DNA of 63,658 nucleotides, counting the filler, from Octopus bimaculoides (Eukaryota): NCBI RefSeq assembly GCF_001194135.2. It is 5 parts of 4 records of this genome, joined end to end, with 100 filler letters (N's around TTAATTAATTAA, not from the genome) between each part and the next. Parts side by side here need not be neighbours in the genome. Positions count along the whole stretch, not along the records: positions 25,298 to 52,486 come from NC_068984.1; 4 more parts are not named here. One strand, given 5' to 3'. The notes beneath the pieces were generated by a model. The model was not told the origin of the DNA, made no database searches, and saw only the letters and a program-made list of their open reading frames with translations. Positions 37,603 through 49,510 of this stretch are shown piece by piece (position 1 is the stretch's first letter; every line of letters starts with the position of its first letter). Position numbers and translations under genes: made by a program.

Positions 37603-38640
37603 TTTTTTGTTATATTTCTGCTGCTTTTAAATAAAGTATATATATATATATATACAGGTGTCAATGTATAAGCATGTGATTATGTGTTTGTATGTGTGTG
37701 TGTGAGTGTGTATGTATTTATGAGTAAATTTGTATTTCGAGTATGTATGTATGTATGTATGTAGTGATAAGGAAACGAAGAGAAAAGAAAATAGAAATGA
37801 GAGAAGGCCAGGTATTATAAATTAAATGAGTGGAGACAATGGTGTGGAACAGTCTTAGTATTGTCAAGATGGTCTCAATATTAATTATGTTAGTGGCTTC
37901 AGTGGTATCGGCGTTGGTTGGGGGTGGTTTGGTAGCATGACAGCGTTGATGGTGTTGGTAATAGTAATACTGGATTGTGTTAGAGATGAGGAGGTGATGG
38001 TGGAAGTGCTGGCAGTTCGAGTTGCAGTCGTGGCGGTAGTGATAGTGGTAGTGAAAGAAGACGATGATTGGTGGTTGTTGTTTGTAGTGGCGGTGGTGAT
38101 GGTGTTGATGATGGCGGCTGCTGTGGTTTCGGTGAGAAATGGTAGCAATGCTGGCGATAGTTGTGGTAATGGTGACTGCGATGATGTCTGAACTCACGGC
38201 AGTTAGCGCTTCTTGCTCTCCAGGTTAAGACGTCTATCCAGATACTTAACGACTTAAACAAACAACTTATGTGTTAAGTCGCAACACCTGCCCTACCACA
38301 CACACACACACACACGCATTTCTCTCAAGTTATTCGTTGGTGTCCAGTGTTGACGTATAATCGTACCGGTCGACCTCTCACACCGTCAGATTGTCCATGT
38401 CCAATATTCTTCCGCCACCACTCACAATTTACTCACGCAGTGAAGGCTAAATCTATTGGTCAGTATTTGGTATTTCACTTCTCAACAAACATTTCGGCCA
38501 AATCTGAGTTAATACTAAATAAACACGGACACTCAAAAAGACGATGACTACGCATGCGTGCTTATAAACGTAACCAACAGTATGCGCAATGGAGCACACA
38601 TGTAGGCGTTGTATTTTATCCACATTTATCAATCTGTCTG

Positions 38641-38683
<43 letters not shown>

Positions 38684-38749
38684 GCTTGTCTGTCTGTCTG
38701 TCTGTCTGTCTATACGTACACACATACATAATTATTTGGCAACGTGAAC

Positions 38750-38910
38750 ATCTTTGTGGTAAGTAACTTGCTTAGCAACCACATGGTTCCGGGTTCATTC
38801 CCACTGCGTGGCACCTTGGGCAATTGTCTTCTACTATAATAGCCTCGGGCCGATCAAAGCCTTGTGAGTGAATTTGGTAGACGGAAACTGAAAGAAGCCC
38901 GTCGTATATA

Positions 38911-38941
<31 letters not shown>

Positions 38942-38943
38942 GT

Positions 38944-38981
<38 letters not shown>

Positions 38982-39198
38982 GTGTGTATATGTTTGTGTG
39001 TCTGTGTTTGTCCCCCCAGCATCGCTTGACAACCGACGGTGGTTTGTTTACGTCCCCGTAATTTAGCGGTTCAGCAAAAGAGACCGATAGAATAAGTACT
39101 AGGCTTCCAAAGAATAAGTCCTGGGATCGATTTGCTTGACTAAAGGCGGTGCTCCAGCATGGCCGCAGTCAAATGACTGAAACAAGTAAAAGTAAAAG
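38750..39198 (+). mobile_element. SINE family C
   Basis: Head, ggcaccttgggcaa core, internal TA microsatellite and tail all present. Confidence 0.9.
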
Positions 39199-39200
39199 AA

Positions 39201-39248
<48 letters not shown>

Positions 39249-39379
39249 TGCAAACTCATGTTCGAGTATTACCACACATGCGAAGGCCATTTTTGTGATA
39301 GGTCTTACTTTGTCTTTTCAAGCGATGCCCGGACATGACGATTTGTTTTTGTTTTTTTTTTATAGTGGGGAAACGATTT

Positions 39380-39600
39380 GCACAAATAATCCAGTCCCAC
39401 TTTCTGAACATGGACGAGTCTCAGAACAAGTCTAGTGCTGTGAGGACCGGTGAACGCAGAGGGTATTCTATTACTGAACCTCTTCGTTCAATCCATCTGC
39501 TTGGCAAAATCTCTTCAAGGTAGCTCTTACATTATTATAGTAGCTTTTGGATGCCATCTTGCTGGAAATAAAACTCCACATCTTCAAAGTCCTCTCGGCC
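39380..39600 (-). pseudogene. Tc1/mariner transposase catalytic-domain relic
   Basis: Minus strand FYFQQDG...YLEEILPSRWIERRGSVIEYPLRSPVLTALD, matching the FQQDG and RWIG.G...[WY]P.RSPDL.P.D motifs. Confidence 0.8.
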
Positions 39601-39651
39601 AGGCAGATTTCTGTACCAAAATTGGAAACCATTGTTCCTTGAAACGGTTAC

Positions 39652-40447
39652 TCTTCTTTTATTTGTTTTAGTCGCTGGAGTGCGGCCATGTTAGGGTACC
39701 GCTTTGAAGAGTTTAGTCGAACAAATCGACCCCCGTACTTATTTTGTTAAGACTGGTATTTATGCTATCGGTTTCTTTTGTTGAACTGCTAAGTTACAGG
39801 GACTTAAACAAACCAACACCGGCTATCAAGCGGTAATGGAGACAAACACAAGCACATACATACATACATACATACAAACGCGCGCGCGCGCACACACACG
39901 CACACAAACACACACACACATATATACGCGCATATATATAAACTCGTGTGTGTGTGTGTATATATATATGTATATATACATATGTATATACATATGCACA
40001 TATATATATATGCATATATATATGCAAATAAATAAATGCTNNNNNNNNNNACACACACACACACATATACATGTGTGTGTGTGTGTGTGTTGTGTAGTTC
40101 AAATGTGTAGAAAACAAAAGACAAAGACAGGTGAGAGAACAAGTAGGTGTATTATAGTTTGATGCTGAGGAATAATGGGAAAATCTTTGACGTTTCGAGT
40201 CCTACGCTATTCGACAGAAATGGATGAGAGAAAGAAATGGAGAAAGAGGAAACGGACAATGGAAAAAATGTGCTATGATTAATGGCTTAACAAACGGGCT
40301 TCAGTTTTCGTCTACCAAATTTATTCTGAATGCTTTGGTCGGCACGGGGCTATAGCAGAAGGAACTTGCCTAAGGTGCTACGCAGTGGGACTGAACCCAC
40401 GATCGTATGGTCGTTAGGTAAGCTTCTCATCCACCCAACTACGCCTG
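39652..40447 (-). mobile_element. SINE C split into tail (39652-39850) and head (40283-40447) by microsatellite, gap and an inserted repeat
   Basis: Both halves align to family C in the same orientation. Confidence 0.7.
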
Positions 40448-40467
40448 CTTAGGGTTATTTATTTACA

Positions 40468-40598
40468 GCTAAGTTGACGGGAACAACTATGAAATGAAGT
40501 GTGTTGCTTAAAAACACAATGCAACGTCCTGTCTGGGATTCGAAACCACGGTCTTGCAATTGTGAGTGTAATACTTTAACTGCCTGGCCACGCGCCTT
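40468..40598 (-). mobile_element. SINE D head fragment
   Basis: Minus strand tgaaggcgcgtggccaggcagttaaag...ggtttcgaatcccagac...ttgtgtttttaagcaacacacttcatttc. Confidence 0.65.
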
Positions 40599-42129
40599 CA
40601 CGGTCCATACAGCTCCAACACACTAAACTATTTTAATAAGAATAAAAGAATAAGACTGCGCAGAGATTTAGCATAGGTAAACTATATTTAAATGGAAGCA
40701 ACGTATAAATTTACTCAGCAATCAGCCAGCATCTCAAACCGATGTCGACCATCATTGTTTCCAGAACAATCTACAGGACAATATACCCGTGCAGTGTTAT
40801 TTGTTCCGTGGCATCCATACTGGTCGATATGTATTTTACTCCCTCATTTCCCAAAAGAGTTACAACTATTGCGACAAAACAAACAGATAAATAAATGAAT
40901 GAATCTTTCTTTTCTCTCTTTTTTGTTTATCATTATTATTTTTATTGAGTCTATCCAGGTAGTAACCGACTTGGGATTCCTTCAAAAAAGAAATCAAATA
41001 ACGGTCAATTTAGGGGTTATACACTTTTCATTGTGCTATCTACCGCAATGGGAGAGAGAGAGAGAGAGAGAGAGAGGTGATGCGAGAAGGAGGAGAAGAG
41101 AAGCTGGCGGTATAGTAACGATATTTACATTTCATAATTAGCTGTGTTGTCTGGCCGTTGTAGTGGGCTCGTAACAAGAGAGACAACATATTCTTTAGGC
41201 TGAAATTGAAAAAGAAAAAAAAAATTACATGCGCATACATACACACATACACACACACGCATACATACACACATATACACACACACATACATACATACAT
41301 ACATACATTCATACATACATACATACATACATACATGCACACACGAACCACCTCTCCAAATGATAATGTATTGCTGCACTCATTCCTCTCCTTCCCTTCT
41401 GTCGTGGTTCAATCTGTAGCCAGACAATAGTGGCACAATGAATGGAAATCGAAGAACTAGAAATAAAGCCCTAGCATACATTGACTGCGACACGGTTTCA
41501 ATCTCTACTTTCACTTTCAAATTCACTTCCAGTCTCTTCTTTTCGGCTTCAGTTTTTCTTCCTATTGGTAACTTATGCCCATAGAAAAATCACGAACGTC
41601 ATAATATCCCTAATTTTCTCTCGCTGAAAAATAAGCTTTTTTTTACATCAGTTGTGTACTGTGTGATCTTGAATTTGAATTGACCCTTTGATCTTTAGTG
41701 AATAAAATTATTGCAATCCACCAAACATATTACTATGTACATGCGCATGTATGTATACATGTTTATAAACATATTCATACAAGACTACCCTGTCTATTGT
41801 TTAAATTCCATTGAAAGAGTTTTGTTTCTCAGTTAGAAATACGATCTTTCTCCTTTGGTATGCATGCATACATACATACATACATACATACATACATACA
41901 TACATACATACAAATATATGCAAGCACTCCATCAGGACTATAACTTTAGATTTCTGCCTATAATTATCAGAGTCTACCTGACTTATTGCGTCAGTACTAA
42001 TCTTGATAAGTTGAGATTCACAAAAGCTAGAAAGAACATGCCTAAACAGAAGATTACAGCGACAAGCTGTCAAAGGAGTTGACCAAAGAATCTACGATGT
42101 CCTTATATATAAGACCAAAGGTCGTTCCC

Positions 42130-42340
42130 GAGTCATCCCGGTTTCCGGATTCTGTGCTGTATATGTTACCCCAGGACAGGACGCCGATGCGTCGCAGATC
42201 TACTCATTTTTGCCAGCTGAGAAGACTGGAACAATGTGAAATAAAGCGTCTTGATCAAGGATACAACACAAGGTCAAGGAATCAAAACAATATTCTTGCG
42301 ATCATGAGTTCAACACCCTAACTACTAAACCACGCGCCTC
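42130..42340 (-). mobile_element. Degenerate SINE D
   Basis: Homologous to 49260-49510. Confidence 0.65.
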
Positions 42341-42347
42341 CATAAAC

Positions 42348-42394
<47 letters not shown>

Positions 42395-42415
42395 CACAAG
42401 CACACACACACACAT

Positions 42416-42495
<80 letters not shown>

Positions 42496-42749
42496 ATTAG
42501 AAAATGGAGGATAATAATATGCTGAACCCAACTACTTGCAGACAGTGTATCCCGTTGAATTCATTAATTTAATTCATAGCTAAAATGACAAAAAAACCAC
42601 AAAGTACAGGTGTTTATGACAAACCATGTTATTTTGCCAACCGTGTTTACAGATAAAAGTACAAAGTACATAGGGAATATATATATACTTGAATTGAAGG
42701 AAGATGCTAATGATGATGATGATGATGATAATAATAATAATAATAATAA

Positions 42750-42965
42750 TCCTTTCTACTGGAGGCACAAGGCCTCAAATTTGGTGGGAGGGGACTAGTC
42801 GATCACATCGACCCCAGTGCGTAACTGGTACTTATTTCAACGACCCCGAAAGGATGAAAGACAAAGGCTACCTCGGTGGGATTTGAACACAGAACGTGGC
42901 GGCAGACGAAATACTGCTAAGCATTTCACTCGGCGTGCTAACGATTCTGCCAGCTCGCCGCCTTA
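42750..42965 (-). mobile_element. SINE B2
   Basis: Family B body with AAT tail at 42705-42750. Confidence 0.88.
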
Positions 42966-42968
42966 ATC

Positions 42969-43067
<99 letters not shown>

Positions 43068-43070
43068 GAG
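42966..43070. repeat. (AAT)n(AAC)n trinucleotide microsatellite, representative of many in the window
   Basis: Directly visible; similar arrays at 244-297, 17228-17306, 22227-22295, 23925-24010, 27395-27500, 31125-31195 and 53372-53440. Confidence 0.97.
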
Positions 43071-43479
43071 GCAGCAGTAGCAGTAGTAACAGTAGCAGCA
43101 GCAAGGGTGATTATAACACAACTAGAAACAGATGTAATAATATGGTAGCTGTGATGTGATACATTTCTAGAGAGAGATCAACTTGAATTGACAGACAATA
43201 TTTCGTATTTGAACTTTTGCTCAACATCACAATGTCAACTGCTCAGATATGGATTATCACTCATAAGAAGCGGATTAAAACGGATTACTTCCAGACCCCA
43301 CACAACACCGACAGCCTCGACCTCCTTCCTTCTTCTAATTGAACTGTTTACTCAGTTACAAAGGGGGAAGTGGTGTTGATGGGAGGGGGCGGTGCCGACA
43401 GGGTTTTTTTTCAGAGGAAGGGTTAGAGGCGGTAGAAGTTGCAAAAGGCAGATATTTGAGACTTCGGAAGTAAAACAGG

Positions 43480-43529
<50 letters not shown>

Positions 43530-44045
43530 CACACACACACTGCCGTACACACAGTCGCATACAGAAACATACAGACATAACAAAGTTTGGCATAGATAGA
43601 ACAAATACATAGAACATCGACGCATGCGCATCCACTAACAGCAAGAGAGATGCTCTTGCTGTTATATGGAATCACAAAACCAAATATGTCTTCTTTCTTA
43701 CTTTTTTTTTCTTGCCATTATTCGCGAGACCTATTATGGAATGCGTTCCAGATCTACGAAGATATGAAACATCTTTACGAAGATGTCAAGAAGCACAAAC
43801 ATGGGCCTTTATTTCATTCTTACGACGGCAGTTAATTTCATAGCAATTTTTGTATTAAGTATTTTGTATACTATACAAAATGCGTTTATCGAGGTAAATT
43901 TGCTTCAGTTTCATATCACTGTATCACTGAACCTCCGATCTAGTTTCAAAATAACTGCCTTAAGAAGAGATGATCCGCGGTTCAACTCACCTTTACTATA
44001 TGTATTGCTCAAACAGCTAATGTTTTGACTTTGTTGTCATTTCAG

Positions 44046-44070
44046 AATACAGTACCACGAGAATATAAAT
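44046..44070 (+). other. Candidate 25-nt micro-exon of an unidentified host gene
   Basis: CTAAT branch-like motif (44017-44021), U-rich tract, TTTCAG acceptor and GTAAGT donor; open as NTVPREYK or IQYHENIN. Confidence 0.3.
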
Positions 44071-44530
44071 GTAAGTTAGACTGCGATAGTACTGCGAATG
44101 TTCGCCAACGTGTAGCAGAAACTATGCACAAGCTGGCTTCGTTATCAGCTTTGCAGCAACTGACCTACACTCTATTTAAATGATATTAACGTGTTACATA
44201 TTGGAGTACAAAGAGAACTCAAAGTAATTAACGGACAAGTGAACTGCAAGTCACGTGGTATGAAAGCCGAGTTAGCATCCATTTTTGGAGAAAAAGGAAA
44301 ATAACTGCCACTAGGCAAAGCAGCATTATATGTTGACTGAGACACTAGCGAGGACTGTAATAAAAGCAATACTTGAACCCCGAGAAAGAAAGAAGTAAAG
44401 GAATCCTTCTCATCGTGATTACAATAAAGACGTTGAGATGTTTCAGTTGTTTCAATTGGTGGGTTCGAGTGTGGCCCACAAATGCCTCCACACTTCGTTC
44501 CTCCCACAACGCATACACATATACAGACAT

Positions 44531-44594
<64 letters not shown>

Positions 44595-44781
44595 ACATAC
44601 ACACACACAAGAGGACGCCAGCTCAATTTTTTGATATCACTTATAAGATATCACTTATACAAACATTTCTCAACTAGGACATCTCTACAATTACTCACAC
44701 ACACACACACACACACGTACACATGCATACATACATGCATACACACACACACACATACATACATACATACATACATACATA

Positions 44782-44975
44782 TTCTTTTATTCTTTTACTT
44801 GCTTCGGTCATTTGACTGCGGCCAAGCTGGAGCACCGCCTTCAAGGGCTATTTAGTCAAAGAAATCGACCCCAGGACTTATTCTTTGTAAGCCTAGTACT
44901 TATTTTATCGCTTTATTTTGTCGAACGGCTAAGTCACTGGGACATAAGCACACTAGCATCGGTTGTCAAGCGATG
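44782..44975 (-). mobile_element. SINE C tail fragment
   Basis: catttgactgcggccaagctggagcaccgcc...gcatcggttgtcaagcgatg. Confidence 0.8.
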
Positions 44976-45004
44976 GCGGGAGTGGATAAACAATGTTTGC
45001 CTAT

Positions 45005-45308
45005 CAAACCCTCTTTCATGGGACCGAAGAGATGATAGTCCAGTGACAATGATAGTCCAGTGACGAGGAAGTGAAGACTGTAGTGAAGAAGTGATTCAAA
45101 GAGCAGTCAACAGAATTTTACGGGGCAGGGATACATGCTCTCATTCAAAGGTGGAACATTGCTATTGAGAGAAATAGTGACTGTGTTGAGACGTAGAGAT
45201 GTGATCCACAGAAGACCAGCTTCATTTTGATGTATGATACATGTTCCTGTGTTGGTAATTATACCTGTCCTAAACAAAATAGCATTACTTTTTGACTCAC
45301 CCTCGTAT
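45005..45308 (+). mobile_element. Mariner transposon 3' end
   Basis: SDEEVKTVVKK*FKEQSTEFYGAGIHALIQRWNIAIERNSDCVET* (mariner C-terminus) followed by a TIR ending ttactttttgactcaccctcgta. Confidence 0.85.
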
Positions 45309-45339
45309 ATATATATATGAAAGATCGCTAGCCACTACA

Positions 45340-45510
45340 CGTTCTTTTTCTTTTTCTCTCCTTGTTTCTTTCTGCGTTCCTTTCTGTGGAAGAGCGAAGG
45401 CTCGAAACGTTAAAAACTTCTTCACTTCCCGAGCGTTATACTAATACATTTGTTTGTTGTTTACACCACCTGTCTTCGTCTTTTGTTTTTTTCGTGAATT
45501 CTCCCTATAT
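45340..45510 (+). mobile_element. Penelope-like terminal repeat with a hammerhead-like core
   Basis: CTTT CTGTGGA A GAGC-GAAG-GCTC GAAAC GTT AAA; homologous to 40185-40220 (minus); ends in (TA)n. Confidence 0.5.
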
Positions 45511-46566
45511 ATATATATATATATATGCACACATATCTATATGCATACATACATAGATATACACACACACAAACACCCACACAATCACACACACATATAC
45601 ACATACATTCTCACACATAGGCACACACTGATACACGTGCGTAGGAGATAGCGTAACAAAACAGTGAAATATTACAAAAGAAATAAAGAATCAAACAGTT
45701 TAGAAAGAAAACAGAAGGAATAAAAACAGATTCAAAATAAACAAGAAGCGAAATAACTGATTAGATTAACAACACAAGGTATCCAATTTCGTATTACGGA
45801 TGCAGATGTGCGTACGTAGTGTGTATGTATTTATGTATGTATGTATGTATGTATGCATGCATTATGTATGTTNNNNNNNNNNNNNNNNNNNNNNNNNNNN
45901 NNNNNNNNNNNNNNNNNNNNNNNNNNNNNNNNNNNNNNNNNNNNNNNNNNNNNNNNNNNNNNNNNNNNNNNNNNNNNNNNNNNNNNNNNNNNNNNNNNNN
46001 NNNNNNNNNNNNNNNNNNNNNNNNNNNNNNNNNNNNNNNNNNNNNNNNNNNNNNNNNNNNNNNNNNNNNNNNNNNNNNNNNNNNNNNNNNNNNNNNNNNN
46101 NNNNNNNNNNNNNNNNNNNNNNNNNNNNNNNNNNNNNNNNNNNNNNNNNNNNNNNNNNNNNNNNNNNNNNNNNNNNNNNNNNNNNNNNNNNNNNNNNNNN
46201 NNNNNNNNNNNNNNNNNNNNNNNNNNNNNNNNNNNNNNNNNNNNNNNNNNNNNNNNNNNNNNNNNNNNNNNNNNNNNNNNNNNNNNNNNNNNNNNNNNNN
46301 NNNNNNNNNNNNNNNNNNNNNNNNNNNNNNNNNNNNNNNNNNNNNNNNNNNNNNNNNNNNNNNNNNNNNNNNNNNNNNNNNNNNNNNNNNNNNNNNNNNN
46401 NNNNNNNNNNNNNNNNNNNNNNNNNNNNNNNNNNNNNNNNNNNNNNNNNNNNNNNNNNNNNNNNNNNNNNNTGGAAATGACTTAACAATATACTTTGCTT
46501 GCTTATACTATCTATATTTATTATTGTTAGCCACTATTATTATTTTTACTATTATTATCATTATTA

Positions 46567-46597
<31 letters not shown>

Positions 46598-47206
46598 GTT
46601 GTTGTTGTTGTTATTATCATCGTCATTATTGTTGGTTTGATATTGCTGTGGGTAGTTATTATTCGTTTGTGTTCAAAGTATGTGTCCACCCTGTTAGAGG
46701 CCAGTCTTTACGTTAAAACTGCATAACATCTAATTGGACACACACATACATACACACAAACGCAAACACACACACACACACACACAAATATATATATGTA
46801 TATACAAGCACACAAAACACACACATACATATGCACACTCACAGGTACATATACAAAGCACCAGCATACATAACGTGTTATTAATGCCGCTCTGAATACA
46901 CATATCCTTTTCTGAATCACAAAGATCAAGAGGGATCGACGTTTCTTTTCCGTAGCATTAAACAGTTGTAAAGCAAACCCGCACCTGGACATAAAGCTAG
47001 TCTGTAGCAGCAGTTTACTTAGGAAGAGAAATTGAACATAACACTTGAAAGAGCCTAAATACTTGCTAATTCTGCAGTGAATAATACAGTTATATGAGTC
47101 ATACAATTTCTATTTTATAACTTCTGTCTAGAAATAGGCAAACTGCGTTGTATATATTTGTAGCACTTAATAGATTATTTCAATAGAATTGTATTCATAT
47201 TACATA

Positions 47207-47245
<39 letters not shown>

Positions 47246-47409
47246 TACAACTCACCACGTGGGGATAATCGAAATTCCTCCCTTTGTGTTACTATATATA
47301 TATATTTGCTAAAACGACTCATACCTTCCGTGAGAGACAGCTTCTATAAGATTCCNNNNNNNNNNNNNNNNNNNNNNNNNNNNNNNNNNNNNNNNNNNNN
47401 NNAATTGAT

Positions 47410-48015
47410 TTTGTGGGAGTTTCGTTGAAGATTCTTTTCTTCTCTAGGTACAAGGCCGGGAATTTTTGAGGAGGGGGCCAGTCAGTTAGATCGACCTCAG
47501 TACCGCTAGGCATTTCACCTGGCGTGCTAGCGTTTCTTATTTCTTTATTGCCCACAAGGGGTTAAACATAGAGGGGACAAGCAAGGACAGACAAAGATAT
47601 TAAGTCGATTACATCGACTCCAGTGCGTAACTGGTGCTTAATTTATCGACCTCGAAAGGATGAAAGGCAAAGTCGACCCCGGTGGAATTTGAACTCAGAA
47701 CGTAGCGGCAGACGAAATACCACTAAGCATTTCGCCCGGCGTGCTAACGTTTCTGCCAGCTCGCCGCCTTAACAATAACAATAAAAATAATAATAATCCT
47801 TTGTACTATAGCTACATGGCTAGAATTTTGGCGGGGGAAGCGGGTAATCGATTACAGCCACCACAGTGCTCAACTGGTACTTATGTTATCTACCACGAAA
47901 GGATGAAAGGCAAAGTTGCCCACGATGGAATTTGAACCCAGAACGTTTAAAGAGCCAGAAGAAATGCTGCCAAGCATTTTGTCTGGCATGCTAAGGATTA
48001 TGGCAGCTGCAAGTG
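47410..48015 (-). mobile_element. Cluster of three SINE B copies (partial 47410-47537, B1 47538-47770, B2 47795-48015)
   Basis: Family B motifs repeated three times in the same orientation. Confidence 0.85.
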
Positions 48016-48769
48016 GCTAAATAAAATAGTTTGTTGTTTGAAGCTGCTTTATCCTGGTGTTGATGTTGAATATATTTCGATGGTGGCCACCATCCGTAAG
48101 CAAAATAGATAAATAGGCGAAAATAAAGGTATATGTTATTGCGGGTCGACGACAGTATGGCAGATAGGAATAAGAGAAAGAGAGAGAGAAAGGTGGGGGA
48201 GAAGAGGACACCCGGATAAATATTTGCAACACGCTGAACAAATACACTTTTTATATCTTCTGTTTGTGTTGCGAAACTGAAATATTTCTTATAGAAAGAT
48301 ATCAGAGAGAATATAGACACTGCAATGGCCGCGATGACAGAAACAGAAACAGCAACTGTGAGATGAAAAGACCAGCAGCCGGAGTAACAACAACAACAAC
48401 AGCAGCAGCAACCGTAACACAGTAGAAATAACAGCAGCGATATAAATAACGGTAACAACTGGAACAACAACAACAGTGGGAGATAGCAATAGCAACAGCG
48501 ATGGCAATACCGATAGCAACAAGTGTTTAGAGAAATCCACGAATAAAAAGGAAATAACAGAAATATTCATAGAAGCATCCATACGAAAAAGTAGCAGCAG
48601 CAGCAGCAGTAGCAGCAACAAGAGAAGCAGTAGCAGAAGTACTAACGCCAGGCAACAGCAACACCACGGCAAAAGTAAAAGTAGCCTTGTGTAACAGCAG
48701 CAATTAGCAACGAATGGGTTAATAACAGAAACAAAATCTTCAGCAACAGTAATAACAACAACAATAATA

Positions 48770-49116
48770 ACGGTTTCAGATTTTGGCACAAGGCCAGCAA
48801 TTTCGGGGGTGGAGTGTGTGTGTAGGGGGAGGGGTAAGTAGATTTCATCAACCCCCCACTGCTCAACTGGTATTTATTTTATCGACCCCCGAAAGGATGA
48901 AAGGCAAAGTTGACCTCGGCGGAATTTGAACTCAGAACTTGAAGTCGGACGAAATGACTCTTAGCATTTTGCCCGGCTTGCAAACAATTCTTATTTCTGT
49001 ATTGCCCATAAGGGGCTAAACATAGAGGGGACAAACAAGGACAGACAAACGGATTAAGTCGATTACATCGACCCCAGTGCGTAACTGGTACTTTATCTAT
49101 CAACCCCGAAAGGATG
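48770..49116 (-). mobile_element. SINE B2 (48770-48990) joined to the tail of a B1 copy that runs into the gap
   Basis: Junction tgcaaacaattct|tatttctgtattgcccataagggg. Confidence 0.85.
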
Positions 49117-49259
49117 NNNNNNNNNNNNNNNNNNNNNNNNNNNNNNNNNNNNNNNNNNNNNNNNNNNNNNNNNNNNNNNNNNNNNNNNACTGAGTCCTGC
49201 AATTCGCATCAGTTCACGCGGATAGCTGCGCTCTTCATCACCTTCATAAATAATAAAAA

Positions 49260-49510
49260 TAAATGCGCCCTTTTAAAGCCTGGCCAAGCTCATGGGCCCG
49301 GTTTCCCGGTTTCAATGGCGTATGTGTTCACCAGCTGGACGGGACGCCAGTCCATCGCAGCGTTACTCATTTTTGCCATCTGAGTGGACTGGAGCAACGA
49401 GAAATGAAGTGTTTTGCTCAAGAACACAACGTGTCGCCCGGTCCAGGAATCGAAACCACAATCTCACGATCATGATGCTGACACCCAAACCACTAAGCCA
49501 CGCGCCTCCA
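49260..49510 (-). mobile_element. tRNA-derived SINE family D with a V-domain-like segment
   Basis: Minus strand tggaggcgcgtggcttagtgg...ggtttcgattcctgg...gttgtgttcttgagcaaaacactt...gcgatggactggcgtcccgtccag. Confidence 0.8.

Larger units (their letters stand above)
37481..37636. repeat. Near-perfect inverted repeat (about 73-bp arms, 9-nt spacer), likely inverted Penelope-like pseudo-LTR
   Basis: 37481-37553 is the reverse complement of 37563-37636 with few mismatches; the spacer is TTTAACAAG. Confidence 0.85.

Noticed and set aside
39366-39521. Plus-strand exon-like segment with a good acceptor and donor (GKRFAQIIQSHFLNMDES...)
   Set aside because: The opposite strand encodes clear Tc1/mariner catalytic motifs, which explain the open frame.
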